A DNA stretch of 61,480 nt, taken from positions 1 through 61,480 of IMG/VR virus record IMGVR_UViG_3300032290_001212; one strand, given 5' to 3'. Below the pieces are notes generated by a model. It searched no databases and was not told where the DNA came from. It was given only the letters and a program-made list of their open reading frames with translations. Source of the DNA: a virus (lineage: Duplodnaviria > Caudoviricetes). Position numbers and translations under genes: made by a program. Positions 38,463 to 47,314 of the stretch are shown piece by piece (the first letter of the stretch is position 1; each line of letters starts with the position of its first letter).

Positions 38463-38936
38463 TCAGGATTTCTTTTTGTTCTCATTCCGGGCAGAAATCG
38501 CCGCTGCCTTCTTACGTGCGTCAGCCTTAGAACTAGCCCCCCAAGCCTGCAAACTCAACAACAACCGTGTCGGCTCACCATTGGCATCACGCTCTGGTCC
38601 CGGCATATTGCCCATCCGAGCAAGGAACGAAGCCCTACGAGGATTATCCCCACGCTTCACAGGTGGCTTCAAAGTACCGCCAGTTTCACGCTTATATGAG
38701 GCTCGACCCTTCGCATTCAGGCCGCCCTTAGGGTTCTTGCCCTCTTTAGTCTGCCAAGCAGGGCTTTCAGCCTTTTCAAGCGACTCAATAGCCTCAACAA
38801 GACCCTTCTTTTTGCGTTTCTTCTTGCGGCCACTTGTAGTCACATTTCCCATAATTGTGTCCACATGCACAGCAGACGACGTAGGGCTTTCTTTAGCCAA
38901 TGCCACACGCATCCGAACACGGTTGCGATTATTCAT
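38463..38936 (-). CDS. Basic conserved phage protein (DUF6321-like)
   Basis: AWQTKEGKNPKGGLNAKGRASY...RRASFLARM. Confidence 0.75.
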   Translation of the reverse strand: MNNRNRVRMRVALAKESPTSSAVHVDTIMGNVTTSGRKKKRKKKGLVEAIESLEKAESPAWQTKEGKNPKGGLNAKGRASYKRETGGTLKPPVKRGDNPRRASFLARMGNMPGPERDANGEPTRLLLSLQAWGASSKADARKKAAAISARNENKKKS

Positions 38937-41296
38937 TAAGACCAAGCCACCACCGGGTCATAGTTCCACTGGTTTTCTTTCGCTTTTGCTTTCAAGTTCG
39001 CTTGGAACTTGGCAACAACTCGACCCTCTAAACCTTCCTCATATTCCTGCCCATCCTCATCAGCAACCGATTGAATCGCCTGTTGCTCCCAACCATTACG
39101 GGTCATCTTTTCAATGACCACATCAGTTGTTGAAGTTGAATGAATTGCAACACGATAAAGAGGCTTGCCCGGATGGTCAATTGGCGGCTCATAGCCATTT
39201 TCTTGATCCAAACGCGATATCAACCCAATTTCGTCATTAACAATTCTTGCCATATCTTCTTCTGTTTCCGCTCTTGAAGCCCCTCGAATTACTGATTCAT
39301 TAGGACTCCATTTAGGTTCAACTGATAGACCTACATGGGTGGCAGGAGAACCATCGCTATTTTTTTGAATTGCGGTCGGCAGGTAAAACTCGGCTTTATG
39401 AGAAGGCAAATCAATTGTGTAATAGCCTTCTTTTCCGGGAACGGCAGTAACCGTTACCTTTCGCTTTGAACTAAGAGTTATGAATCCTTGATCAATTACT
39501 TTTCCAATTGCCGGGGTAATTTTATATTTACCAGTCGCCGACAAACGCTCTTTGGCTTGGGCTGTTTTCTTTCCTTGCCCTTTCCACCGTTGGTTGGCTG
39601 CATAACGAGCTGCTTCAGATCGTGACGCGAATTGTGCCTTTTCTAGTTGCTCATCATAGAGTGCTTCAAAAACCATTTCAGCACCAGCCTGTTGATCAGA
39701 GTCGCGATACATCTGTGCGTAAGCAGTACGAGCCTGATCCTTGAACCGAGGAGCATCAGGGCCTCCTAGCGTAGCTTTATATTCAGCTTGTCTTGCCCTT
39801 TGCATATATTTTGTTGAACTCTTATCCAGCTCGGCAATGATGCCCAAAGCCCTTTGCCTTGAACCTGCTTCCAAAACTTGCCGACCACCATTGACTTTTT
39901 CAATATATGAGATCTGATCTCGGCTTTGAGGCTCGGTAATCCGTGTACCAGCGCGACCCAAAGACTGTATTTGTTCGTCATACTGTTGCAAAATGGCTTC
40001 AGCCCTCATTCGATCCCTAGGGGTAAAATCAATCTTGCTTGCAGCTTCAGAGATCTTCTCTTGCAGAACTTTTGCCCTATCTAGCGAGCCTTTTGGACTA
40101 AACCTTTGAGGAGACTCATAACGACCTTCACGCAAACGGTCTTTAATGCTGTCAATTTCTTTACCGAACTGTATGCCAAAACTCTTCTCGCCCAAAATGT
40201 CTGTGCCAACTTGCTTCAATTCATCAAGGTAACGCTCAACCTTCATTTCGTCTTCCTCATACGAACCTTCGCTGATCGCATCAGAACTAGCGTTTATAGT
40301 TGGGCTTTTCACTTGTCCTACAAGGGTGACGTTTGCGCTTTGAGGTGTTCCAGACAATTGCCCACCAGCCGAAGAAGCTTGCCCTTGGCCTTTCCATCGC
40401 ATGTTCGCTGCATAACGGCCAGCCTCCGAACGACTAGCGAAAGACTTGCCTTTGCTCATGCGCGACTGAAGACCCTTATCAATCGCTTTTTCCTGATCCA
40501 AAACAAAACCCACATCCCTAGAAGCCATCTCAAAAATCATTGTTCGGGTACGGGAAACCATTGTCCGAACCGTGTTCTCCTCTAAAGCATTCGCATAGTT
40601 ACCTGACGCTTTAGCATCTTTCTCAGATTTCCGGGCAAGAGCAGCGAACTTCGTTTTCACCCTCTGCAACGACTTCAAATTGGTTGCTCGATCACCCTCA
40701 TTAGCGTCTAGTTTGCCTAACACATCACGAACCTCTTGCTCTAAAGGAGCAATCGCTGATTCAAGTTCGTCTTTTACTTGGGCGGCGAAAGCAACATCAT
40801 CTTTCGTAGCCAAAGGCGCACCATACTTCTCGTTCAAGCCTTTCCCGGCTTTCATAATCATCGCCTCAGAGAAAGCTTTATCTCGACCCTGTTTGTTTGT
40901 GAAACGGTATTCCAAATATGAGGCTCTGTGCGTTGATTTCGGGGCTTCAGCTTTCGCTTGTTCTTCTTCCATACGTCGCAGATCGCGTCGAGCGAGCGTA
41001 ATAAGCCCTTTTTGCTGTTTCAATTCAGCCTTGGAAGCACCATTGTCACGCATCGCCTCTAACAAACCTTCTTGCTCGTCAATGTGGGCGCGTAACTCGC
41101 TTGCAGCCATTTTCGCTGGGGTCATACCCCGGATACTCAAATCATCAAGAGGAGTTTTACCCTTCTTCCCCTGACCCTTCCACCTCTGATTAGCAGCATA
41201 ACGACCAGCCTCAGACCTTGAAGCGAACTGTGCCTTACGCATCTCCGACTTAATACGAACAACAGTTTGCGCGATCTCTTTCGCCAAATCAGACAT
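38936..41296 (-). CDS. Three-module tagged polyprotein of unknown domains
   Basis: Tags at 41180-41237, 40394-40452, 39584-39643; TATGTT-6nt-ATG leaderless start. Confidence 0.75.
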   Translation of the reverse strand: MSDLAKEIAQTVVRIKSEMRKAQFASRSEAGRYAANQRWKGQGKKGKTPLDDLSIRGMTPAKMAASELRAHIDEQEGLLEAMRDNGASKAELKQQKGLITLARRDLRRMEEEQAKAEAPKSTHRASYLEYRFTNKQGRDKAFSEAMIMKAGKGLNEKYGAPLATKDDVAFAAQVKDELESAIAPLEQEVRDVLGKLDANEGDRATNLKSLQRVKTKFAALARKSEKDAKASGNYANALEENTVRTMVSRTRTMIFEMASRDVGFVLDQEKAIDKGLQSRMSKGKSFASRSEAGRYAANMRWKGQGQASSAGGQLSGTPQSANVTLVGQVKSPTINASSDAISEGSYEEDEMKVERYLDELKQVGTDILGEKSFGIQFGKEIDSIKDRLREGRYESPQRFSPKGSLDRAKVLQEKISEAASKIDFTPRDRMRAEAILQQYDEQIQSLGRAGTRITEPQSRDQISYIEKVNGGRQVLEAGSRQRALGIIAELDKSSTKYMQRARQAEYKATLGGPDAPRFKDQARTAYAQMYRDSDQQAGAEMVFEALYDEQLEKAQFASRSEAARYAANQRWKGQGKKTAQAKERLSATGKYKITPAIGKVIDQGFITLSSKRKVTVTAVPGKEGYYTIDLPSHKAEFYLPTAIQKNSDGSPATHVGLSVEPKWSPNESVIRGASRAETEEDMARIVNDEIGLISRLDQENGYEPPIDHPGKPLYRVAIHSTSTTDVVIEKMTRNGWEQQAIQSVADEDGQEYEEGLEGRVVAKFQANLKAKAKENQWNYDPVVAWS

Positions 41297-41403
41297 TCCG
41301 ACAACATACCAACAACACCATCACCCCACTACACAACCCCCCTATTCGGCGAAGCCGAAAAAACTTTTACAAAAAAACGGCGGGGCCACAAACAAGCCCC
41401 CAC

Positions 41404-43317
41404 CTACATAGCCCAAACATTCCTCTGACCAATCGCAATAGGCGCAACCAAAGGAACCTCCCTACGCCGATCAGGTTCATACAACGCCAACAACACAGCC
41501 TCAGCCCGGTCAGGAGAAACACCACCACGCTTCTTCAACACCGCCTTCGACACCACCTGAATACGACCAGACGAATCCGAAACAAAATCAGGCAAACCAA
41601 GCTGCCCAACAACACGCCTATCAACATCCAAACGCACCACCTGAAAACCATCCTGATCAGGCTGCAACAACTGCCGACCATTCCACCACATCTCCGCACG
41701 TTGGTTCTTAAACTTACCCGGATCCAACGCCCTCTCAGCAACATTCACACCAACAATCCTCGCACCATGCAAACCCTCACGACCCCACGCCTCCAACAAC
41801 CCCACTACACCCCAACCCAAACCAATAGCATCAATTTTCACGGTAACTATGTGGGGTAAGCCCCCCGGTGATATATCATTCTTAGACCCCCCACCCCCTC
41901 CGAACGTGTGTTCGCCTCGCAAACCCATATGGGGTAAGGGTTTCGCGGCCTCTTTTTCGTTTTTCGTGTTTTCGACTGTTTTTAGCGTTTTTTGGTTGTT
42001 TGAGCCATATTCTGTAAGGGTTTCCGGGGCGAACAGGTGTTCGTTTTCGGTTTGCCCATAACACCTATTATGTAAAGCTGACTTATCTGCTGGTATTTCA
42101 GAAAACCCTTTATTTGCAAGGGTTTGAGCGTCATATTCGGCTTGTTGGATGTGTCGAAGGCACACATTGGCTACATCTACGGCGTTGGCGTTCTCTGATC
42201 CACTACTTGAGTGAATGATTTTGACTGTCCATCCATCGGCTCTAGCGATCACAAACTCGTCACCACCATCAGCTGCTATGTCTATACCGAGTCTTATTTG
42301 TGTTCCGGGTGCAGGATTAAGGTTGTTTGTTGCGTCATCTATCCATGTTGAAGGAATAACACGATTACCTGTGACTTTAGGGAACTCTGCATGAACACGC
42401 GCTTTTACGAAGGCTGAGTTCTCTCCTAGTTCACTAATAACATCGTTTACCCACGTTTCATCAACTAAATGGCTTGATAGGGGGTGTGTACCTACTGAGG
42501 GTGGGCAGGTTTTGCAGTTGCCAACATCTTCCCCGGTGAAGTTCGGTGTATCAAAAGCCGATATAGGGATCGTGTTGTAGAGAGGGCTGTTGCAGGCTCT
42601 TTCAAACCAACTATTTTCGTTGTCTGTAGGGGGGTTACCTAGAAGAAGTAGTTTTGTGTTACCACCAGTCATAAGGGCTTCTAAGGCTGTTCCTATGGTG
42701 TCCTGCACACCACCTGCCTCATCGACTACTACCAGTAGGTTCGGTGCATGGATACCTTGTAGGGCGGTTTCGTTGTATTGGGCAGGGGCAAAACCGAAAG
42801 CTGCTTGAATACCGTCTATTTTCCATTCCACAGTAAGGGCTTCCCCGGCGAGGTTATGTACTGCATGGAGTTTGCGTATATGTGACCAAAGGATATTTCG
42901 CACTTGCCTAAACGACGTTGCAGTAGTAACTACCTGAGAAGTGCCTTTTGGCTGGCTCATAACCCACCATGCGACCATACGAGCTGCTAAATGGCTTTTC
43001 CCCGGAGCGTGACAAGCTGGAACGGCGGTTCTTTTGTTATCCCTTACAGATTCAAGGATTTCGCGCTGTTTTGACCAAATCTGCTCACCAAGGCCTTTTT
43101 CGATGAAGCCAACTGGATCATTCGCATATTGCGCCCAAGGGTTAGCTTTCAGCTGCTCCAAAACCGCTAAAACGGTCTGTTTCTCTTTACTGGTAAGGGT
43201 TGCGAGCCAAATCTTGCGGTCGGCAGGTTTCGCATCCCTGAGGAACTCGACTAGATCTTGACTTGTTCGACCTTTAGGGCTTGTCGAGGAGGTTTGCAAT
43301 TCGGCTCTCCAATTCAT
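41404..43317 (-). CDS. terL: Terminase large subunit with ~90-aa insertion in the nuclease domain
   Basis: Walker A HAPGKS, Walker B VVVDEA, LLGNP, nuclease GIDIA...D, IDAIGLG, SPDRAEA. Confidence 0.92.
   Translation of the reverse strand: MNWRAELQTSSTSPKGRTSQDLVEFLRDAKPADRKIWLATLTSKEKQTVLAVLEQLKANPWAQYANDPVGFIEKGLGEQIWSKQREILESVRDNKRTAVPACHAPGKSHLAARMVAWWVMSQPKGTSQVVTTATSFRQVRNILWSHIRKLHAVHNLAGEALTVEWKIDGIQAAFGFAPAQYNETALQGIHAPNLLVVVDEAGGVQDTIGTALEALMTGGNTKLLLLGNPPTDNENSWFERACNSPLYNTIPISAFDTPNFTGEDVGNCKTCPPSVGTHPLSSHLVDETWVNDVISELGENSAFVKARVHAEFPKVTGNRVIPSTWIDDATNNLNPAPGTQIRLGIDIAADGGDEFVIARADGWTVKIIHSSSGSENANAVDVANVCLRHIQQAEYDAQTLANKGFSEIPADKSALHNRCYGQTENEHLFAPETLTEYGSNNQKTLKTVENTKNEKEAAKPLPHMGLRGEHTFGGGGGSKNDISPGGLPHIVTVKIDAIGLGWGVVGLLEAWGREGLHGARIVGVNVAERALDPGKFKNQRAEMWWNGRQLLQPDQDGFQVVRLDVDRRVVGQLGLPDFVSDSSGRIQVVSKAVLKKRGGVSPDRAEAVLLALYEPDRRREVPLVAPIAIGQRNVWAM
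41901..41914. promoter_or_regulatory. LexA (SOS) box, Actinobacteria/Firmicutes type
   Basis: CGAACGTGTGTTCG = CGAAC-N4-GTTCG. Confidence 0.75.
42030..42043. promoter_or_regulatory. LexA (SOS) box, second copy
   Basis: CGAACAGGTGTTCG = CGAAC-N4-GTTCG. Confidence 0.75.
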
Positions 43318-43687
43318 CTACCGAAACTTCCAATCGCACAGCACCCGATTCTGCCCCGGTGAGTTCAACACGATTCTGTTTCCCATATTTTGCTTGCTGT
43401 GTACGCTCCAAATACCATGATGCAGCTTGCCATGAGCCATCATTAGCGGCCCTCTGGATCACCATAACCATCCTTGCCTCTGCTTCAGCCTTCGCACCAA
43501 GGACTGCCTCTCTAAACTCCTTATATGGGCTTCTAGCCTTCTCCCCTTCACCCTTGCTCATCCATGTGTAAAAGGTTGAAATACCAACGTTTGCGACAGT
43601 TGCTGCAGTCTCCGCATAGTTACCTGCGCGTACCAGTTCAACGATCTTGTCAGCTTTGTCTTTGGTGAGTTTTGTTGGTCTTGCCAT
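43274..43687 (-). CDS. terS: Terminase small subunit
   Basis: MARPTKLT, GNY.ETAA, WQAA.WYLER; overlaps terL. Confidence 0.88.
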   Translation of the reverse strand: MARPTKLTKDKADKIVELVRAGNYAETAATVANVGISTFYTWMSKGEGEKARSPYKEFREAVLGAKAEAEARMVMVIQRAANDGSWQAASWYLERTQQAKYGKQNRVELTGAESGAVRLEVSVDELESRIANLLDKP

Positions 43688-43822
43688 GATTGAACGAGAA
43701 TAGACGATGGTTTTGTACCGGGCAACCACTAAAACTGAAACATTTTTTGCTGACCGTTGATACGTGCGCTGACGCGCTTTTTTGGTGTTTTGTGTGTGTG
43801 TTATTGGTGTATTGAGTGGGGT

Positions 43823-44119
43823 TTAGTTGTTGGTGGATAAGGGTTTTGTGGTGTTGGGTGTGAAGTCGATGAGGTGGAGATACTTGTTTTGTGGTGTGTT
43901 GTTTTGGTGTTGTTTTTGTCTAAACCATCTGATTCCGTGTGTCATATTGACTGTTCCGTAGGCTATTGCAGCGATAATGAAGCCGTATTGTTTGGTGGTG
44001 TAACCGTAAACGATCCATAAGCATTCGTTGGTGAAAGCCATAAACCATCCATACCATTTCTTTTGTCCAATAGTGAATAAAGCGATAACACCTAGCGTTC
44101 CAAGAATGTATGACCACAT
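43823..44119 (-). CDS. Small PnuC-like membrane protein
   Basis: WSYIL...G.KKWYGW.....LW..Y...TKQYGFI; 3 TM segments. Confidence 0.65.
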   Translation of the reverse strand: MWSYILGTLGVIALFTIGQKKWYGWFMAFTNECLWIVYGYTTKQYGFIIAAIAYGTVNMTHGIRWFRQKQHQNNTPQNKYLHLIDFTPNTTKPLSTNN

Positions 44120-44188
44120 AAGGTTGTTTACTCTACACCTAGAGGATTTTGGCACTATGCCCTGAAACGGTTTCCCCCGCCACAAAAA

Positions 44189-44827
44189 TTAGGGGCGTTC
44201 CTCAACCCGGTAATGGAAATTGTTGGAATCCTCGGTAAGCCATTTTGAGGTGTTCTCTACACCGAACTTGTGGGTGTTGATCTGCCTGTTAATCAGGTTT
44301 TGGTCAATTTTGGTGGTGAACGAAGGGTCAAATACGGTGATCCTGTTATTGGGTTGGATCGCATAGTTGCCATCTTCACGTTGTATGAAATGACCACATT
44401 TGTGTTGACCGGGGTTTTCGCTATATCCGAAGTTCAGGTAATTCGTTTCCGGGCTGTGCCAATCCAAGGTGAAAAGATAGTTTCCGTAAACCTGTTCGTT
44501 ATGACGGTTTAGGTATCGCATTCTCATATCTGTCAACTGGCTGAAAACTGTGACTGTGATATTGGGTGAAAATGAGTTCCAAAGCACCAAGTCATAGATA
44601 TTGGCTTCCGGGGTGTTTTCGGCTGCACAGAACGCATTGATCGGCATTCTCCACCAAATACCACCATCTTCCATCGTGAAATGGAATACAGGGGCGCGGT
44701 CAGGGATACTTGCTACCCCAAATATGACACAAGGGAAGTAACGGTCGTGTGAGTCCTGCTGATTGCGTAAAAAGTTCCCCCGCACAAAACACTCGATTGG
44801 GGGGATGTTCGCATTCAGTTCAGGCAA
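44189..44827 (-). CDS. Conserved phage hypothetical protein
   Basis: LNANIP..., FGVAS, RMPI.AF, YLFTLDW, HKCGH, GNYAIQPNNR; likely TTG start at 44827. Confidence 0.75.
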   Translation of the reverse strand: MPELNANIPPIECFVRGNFLRNQQDSHDRYFPCVIFGVASIPDRAPVFHFTMEDGGIWWRMPINAFCAAENTPEANIYDLVLWNSFSPNITVTVFSQLTDMRMRYLNRHNEQVYGNYLFTLDWHSPETNYLNFGYSENPGQHKCGHFIQREDGNYAIQPNNRITVFDPSFTTKIDQNLINRQINTHKFGVENTSKWLTEDSNNFHYRVEERP

Positions 44828-44992
44828 GACGGTTTTCCAGTTCCCGGATACGAAGAGCAATATCTTTCATCACACCAGAAGACAAATAAATGCCAACATC
44901 CACACCTTCTGGGGCCGAATCTTTCACCGCAATAGCCATCAGCATGTCCTCCAAGGTTTCAGGCATAAACGATCCACCATTGATCGGTTTGC

Positions 44993-45247
44993 TCATCGGC
45001 TTTTCGCATCCTCAAACCAAACAGGATTCACCGCGGCCATATAAGCCAAACTAGACAACGACACGTCGGCTTGGTTGAAAGTAATGATTTTAGTGAAATC
45101 CACCCTCAAATCGTTGTAGGCGATTGCATCCATCACATCTGCCACCTGCAAATAGTCACCATCAAGGATTTCGTTCAGATATTCACAGATCTGACCTGCC
45201 ATCTTGATCTGTTCCTCTACCTCGGTGATGAGTTCGCCTTTCGTCAC
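44993..45247 (-). CDS. Hypothetical protein
   Basis: Coupled small ORF in the early operon. Confidence 0.55.
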   Translation of the reverse strand: MTKGELITEVEEQIKMAGQICEYLNEILDGDYLQVADVMDAIAYNDLRVDFTKIITFNQADVSLSSLAYMAAVNPVWFEDAKSR

Positions 45248-45462
45248 TTGTCCAACCTCGGCTTAATCATGTCTTCCAAGGCTTCAATGATGTTTGTGAT
45301 CCGAAGTTCGAGTGCTTCAATTCTTTTCTCTATCGCCTCTAACTGGAGTGCCGGGTTGGGGAAAAACATTCTCCGCGTATCCTCACTCATTGTCTCTATA
45401 TACAGTTCTTCTTCCATTGCTGTCCTTTCAAGGTGTATTTTCTCTTTCATATTAAACATCAA
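45244..45462 (-). CDS. Hypothetical coiled-coil protein
   Basis: LEAIEKRIEALELRI heptads. Confidence 0.55.
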   Translation of the reverse strand: MMFNMKEKIHLERTAMEEELYIETMSEDTRRMFFPNPALQLEAIEKRIEALELRITNIIEALEDMIKPRLDK

Positions 45463-45688
45463 ACCAATCTGTCCAGATTTCGCTTGGATGTAAACCTAAC
45501 TTGATCGCATACTTGTCAGCTGCCCATTCGCTGATTTGCACATCGTTCTGTATCCACTTGTAAAGGGTGTAACGGCAAGTGTTCAAGTTTTCTGCCATTA
45601 AAGCGATTTCATAGTTTGGGCCGAAAAAGGTGATCAGGTCTTTCGCCATGAAATACCTTGTGACCCTACGATTCTTCGTTCTCGTCAT
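45452..45688 (-). CDS. HTH DNA-binding protein (Ner-like C-terminus)
   Basis: TLYKW...ADKYAIKLGLHPSEIW; likely start MTRTK. Confidence 0.65.
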   Translation of the reverse strand: MTRTKNRRVTRYFMAKDLITFFGPNYEIALMAENLNTCRYTLYKWIQNDVQISEWAADKYAIKLGLHPSEIWTDWFDV

Positions 45689-45851
45689 CTTCAGCCTTTT
45701 CTTCTTCCCACTCACAGAAAGCACACACACCGTCATCGTTGTTCCAAGCTCGGCATGAACAATGTTTGTGAGGATTTTCCCCCGCCAAAATACCGTCAGC
45801 AATGTCCTGTTCCACCACCGACATATCTTCGTAAGATCTCCCAAATCTCAT
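45666..45851 (-). CDS. Small Cys-containing acidic protein
   Basis: HCSC...CAFC; fills the gap in the operon. Confidence 0.5.
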   Translation of the reverse strand: MRFGRSYEDMSVVEQDIADGILAGENPHKHCSCRAWNNDDGVCAFCEWEEEKAEDDENEES

Positions 45852-46028
45852 AAAAACCCCTTTTTATTTGCTGTTTGTTGCTGGAACTTTCACTTTTTTG
45901 TTGATTTCGTTCTTTAACGCGGCAATTGTTTTCATTAGTCGTTCCTCATCCCCTCGACCAACGTACACCTTGCTCAAGAATGATAGGGCGTTCTGTAGGT
46001 CGTTGACAGTCATAAAAACCTTCCTTGG

Positions 46029-46448
46029 TCATGTTGGGGGAGGTGACTCTACCTTTTTCTTTCTGCCCCTCGGTTTCAACGATGGTAACGAAGGACTAAT
46101 CCACTCTTCACCCCAAATAAGTACCGGGTGCAAACCTAAACGAATCGCATAACGGTCAGCTGCGGTGAAATGGATGTTTCGCTCATTCTTGAGGTACTTA
46201 TACACAGTTGGCACAGAGCAACCTAAAGTTTCTGCGATTACCTGTGGATCTGGATTGTGTTTCCACCGTTCCATCAAAGGTTTTGGTGAAAGAAAGACTG
46301 AGAACTCTGAAACCCTTTTAGTCATTGGTTTTCGTTGGCCGATAGTAAGCCACTCGAACTTGTTTTGAACCTTCGCATGGCTCAAGCCTCCATTCGGTGC
46401 GTTTAATCGGTTTTCCTTTCTCATCAACTTCTTGAATGTAATGCTCAT
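46029..46448 (-). CDS. HTH DNA-binding protein, paralog of 45452..45688
   Basis: IAETLGCSVPTVYKY...ADRYAIRLGLHPVLIW; true start may be downstream. Confidence 0.7.
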   Translation of the reverse strand: MSITFKKLMRKENRLNAPNGGLSHAKVQNKFEWLTIGQRKPMTKRVSEFSVFLSPKPLMERWKHNPDPQVIAETLGCSVPTVYKYLKNERNIHFTAADRYAIRLGLHPVLIWGEEWISPSLPSLKPRGRKKKVESPPPT

Positions 46449-46469
46449 ACATCCATGTCATAACGCGCT

Positions 46470-46694
46470 TCATCCGTCTAAATGGTTGATATGGTGCGGA
46501 ACAGGATCAGTTTCCCCCGGCACAGCCGACTCATAGCGAACAAGCAACTCTTCAGCCATCTCCAACTCCTCTTGTGTCGCCTTACGAAGACTGCGTTCCT
46601 GATCTAGTTCGGCTTTCAGGATCGCATACCTCTCAGCAAGCAGCTCGTACTGCCTAAGCAGGGCTTGAGGAAGGGTGGATGTGGCAACTGACAT
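46470..46694 (-). CDS. Hypothetical coiled-coil protein
   Basis: Preceded by TTGACC-17-TACTGT (46732-46704). Confidence 0.55.
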   Translation of the reverse strand: MSVATSTLPQALLRQYELLAERYAILKAELDQERSLRKATQEELEMAEELLVRYESAVPGETDPVPHHINHLDG

Positions 46695-46738
46695 AGTGGG
46701 TAAACAGTAGATCACCCTTTAGCGAAGGTCAAGCACCC

Positions 46739-47314
46739 TCAATCTCGGTACAAGTATTCGTAAAGTTTCACCGCTGACTTGTCGAGGTGGAGTTCCGATA
46801 CCGATTTCGTGTAACCCAGCCCGGAACAGAACACTTCCCACCAATGCCATCGCATACGCCCAAACAGGGCTTGTGGTATCCCCATTGACTCATACCAAGC
46901 CGAAGGCAAACCTGCCGCCTTCAACAGCCCTTTGGGTACAGGGCCGAGAGTCACGGAAATGTGAGTCAGAACGACTGGAACGTGGGGAGCGCGTTCAGCT
47001 GCGATCATCAACTGCTCCCAAGGGCAACCGAACGCATCAAGGTCAATAATGTCAAACACCGTTAAATCCATCCCTTTCATGGCTTTACGGTTATCGCCCA
47101 TAATCACATTCGGGTTCACATATTTGCGTTTCTCAATGCCGACCGTAGTTATCTCAAGGTCTGGTCTTTGGCGTTGGATTTCTTTCCAAACCAAGCCTTG
47201 CCCGGCGAAAGCATCCAACACATGCAGTTTCTTTTTGCCTAACTGGTCAATGAGTTCTAAGCGCAACCTAACTTTGGTGCGTAAATGGCTGTTTTCGGTG
47301 AAAACCTGTCGCAT
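46739..47314 (-). CDS. SAM-dependent methyltransferase-like protein
   Basis: VLDAFAGQG motif I; FDIIDLDAFGCP. Confidence 0.7.
   Translation of the reverse strand: MRQVFTENSHLRTKVRLRLELIDQLGKKKLHVLDAFAGQGLVWKEIQRQRPDLEITTVGIEKRKYVNPNVIMGDNRKAMKGMDLTVFDIIDLDAFGCPWEQLMIAAERAPHVPVVLTHISVTLGPVPKGLLKAAGLPSAWYESMGIPQALFGRMRWHWWEVFCSGLGYTKSVSELHLDKSAVKLYEYLYRD

Noticed and set aside
22912-41296. Tag repeats as a CRISPR array or non-coding DNA repeat family
   Set aside because: Copies are in frame, irregularly spaced by hundreds to thousands of bp, and mostly differ at synonymous positions, so conservation is at protein level.
41345-41359. TTCGGC-GAA-GCCGAA hairpin as a terminator or N4-like hairpin promoter
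   Set aside because: The U-tract is on the wrong side for minus-strand termination, it is a single copy, and no virion RNA polymerase is encoded.
41850-42125. terL insertion as an intein or group I intron
   Set aside because: No Cys/Ser start with His-Asn end, no homing endonuclease motifs and no recognisable P7 core; splicing is not fully excluded without RT-PCR.
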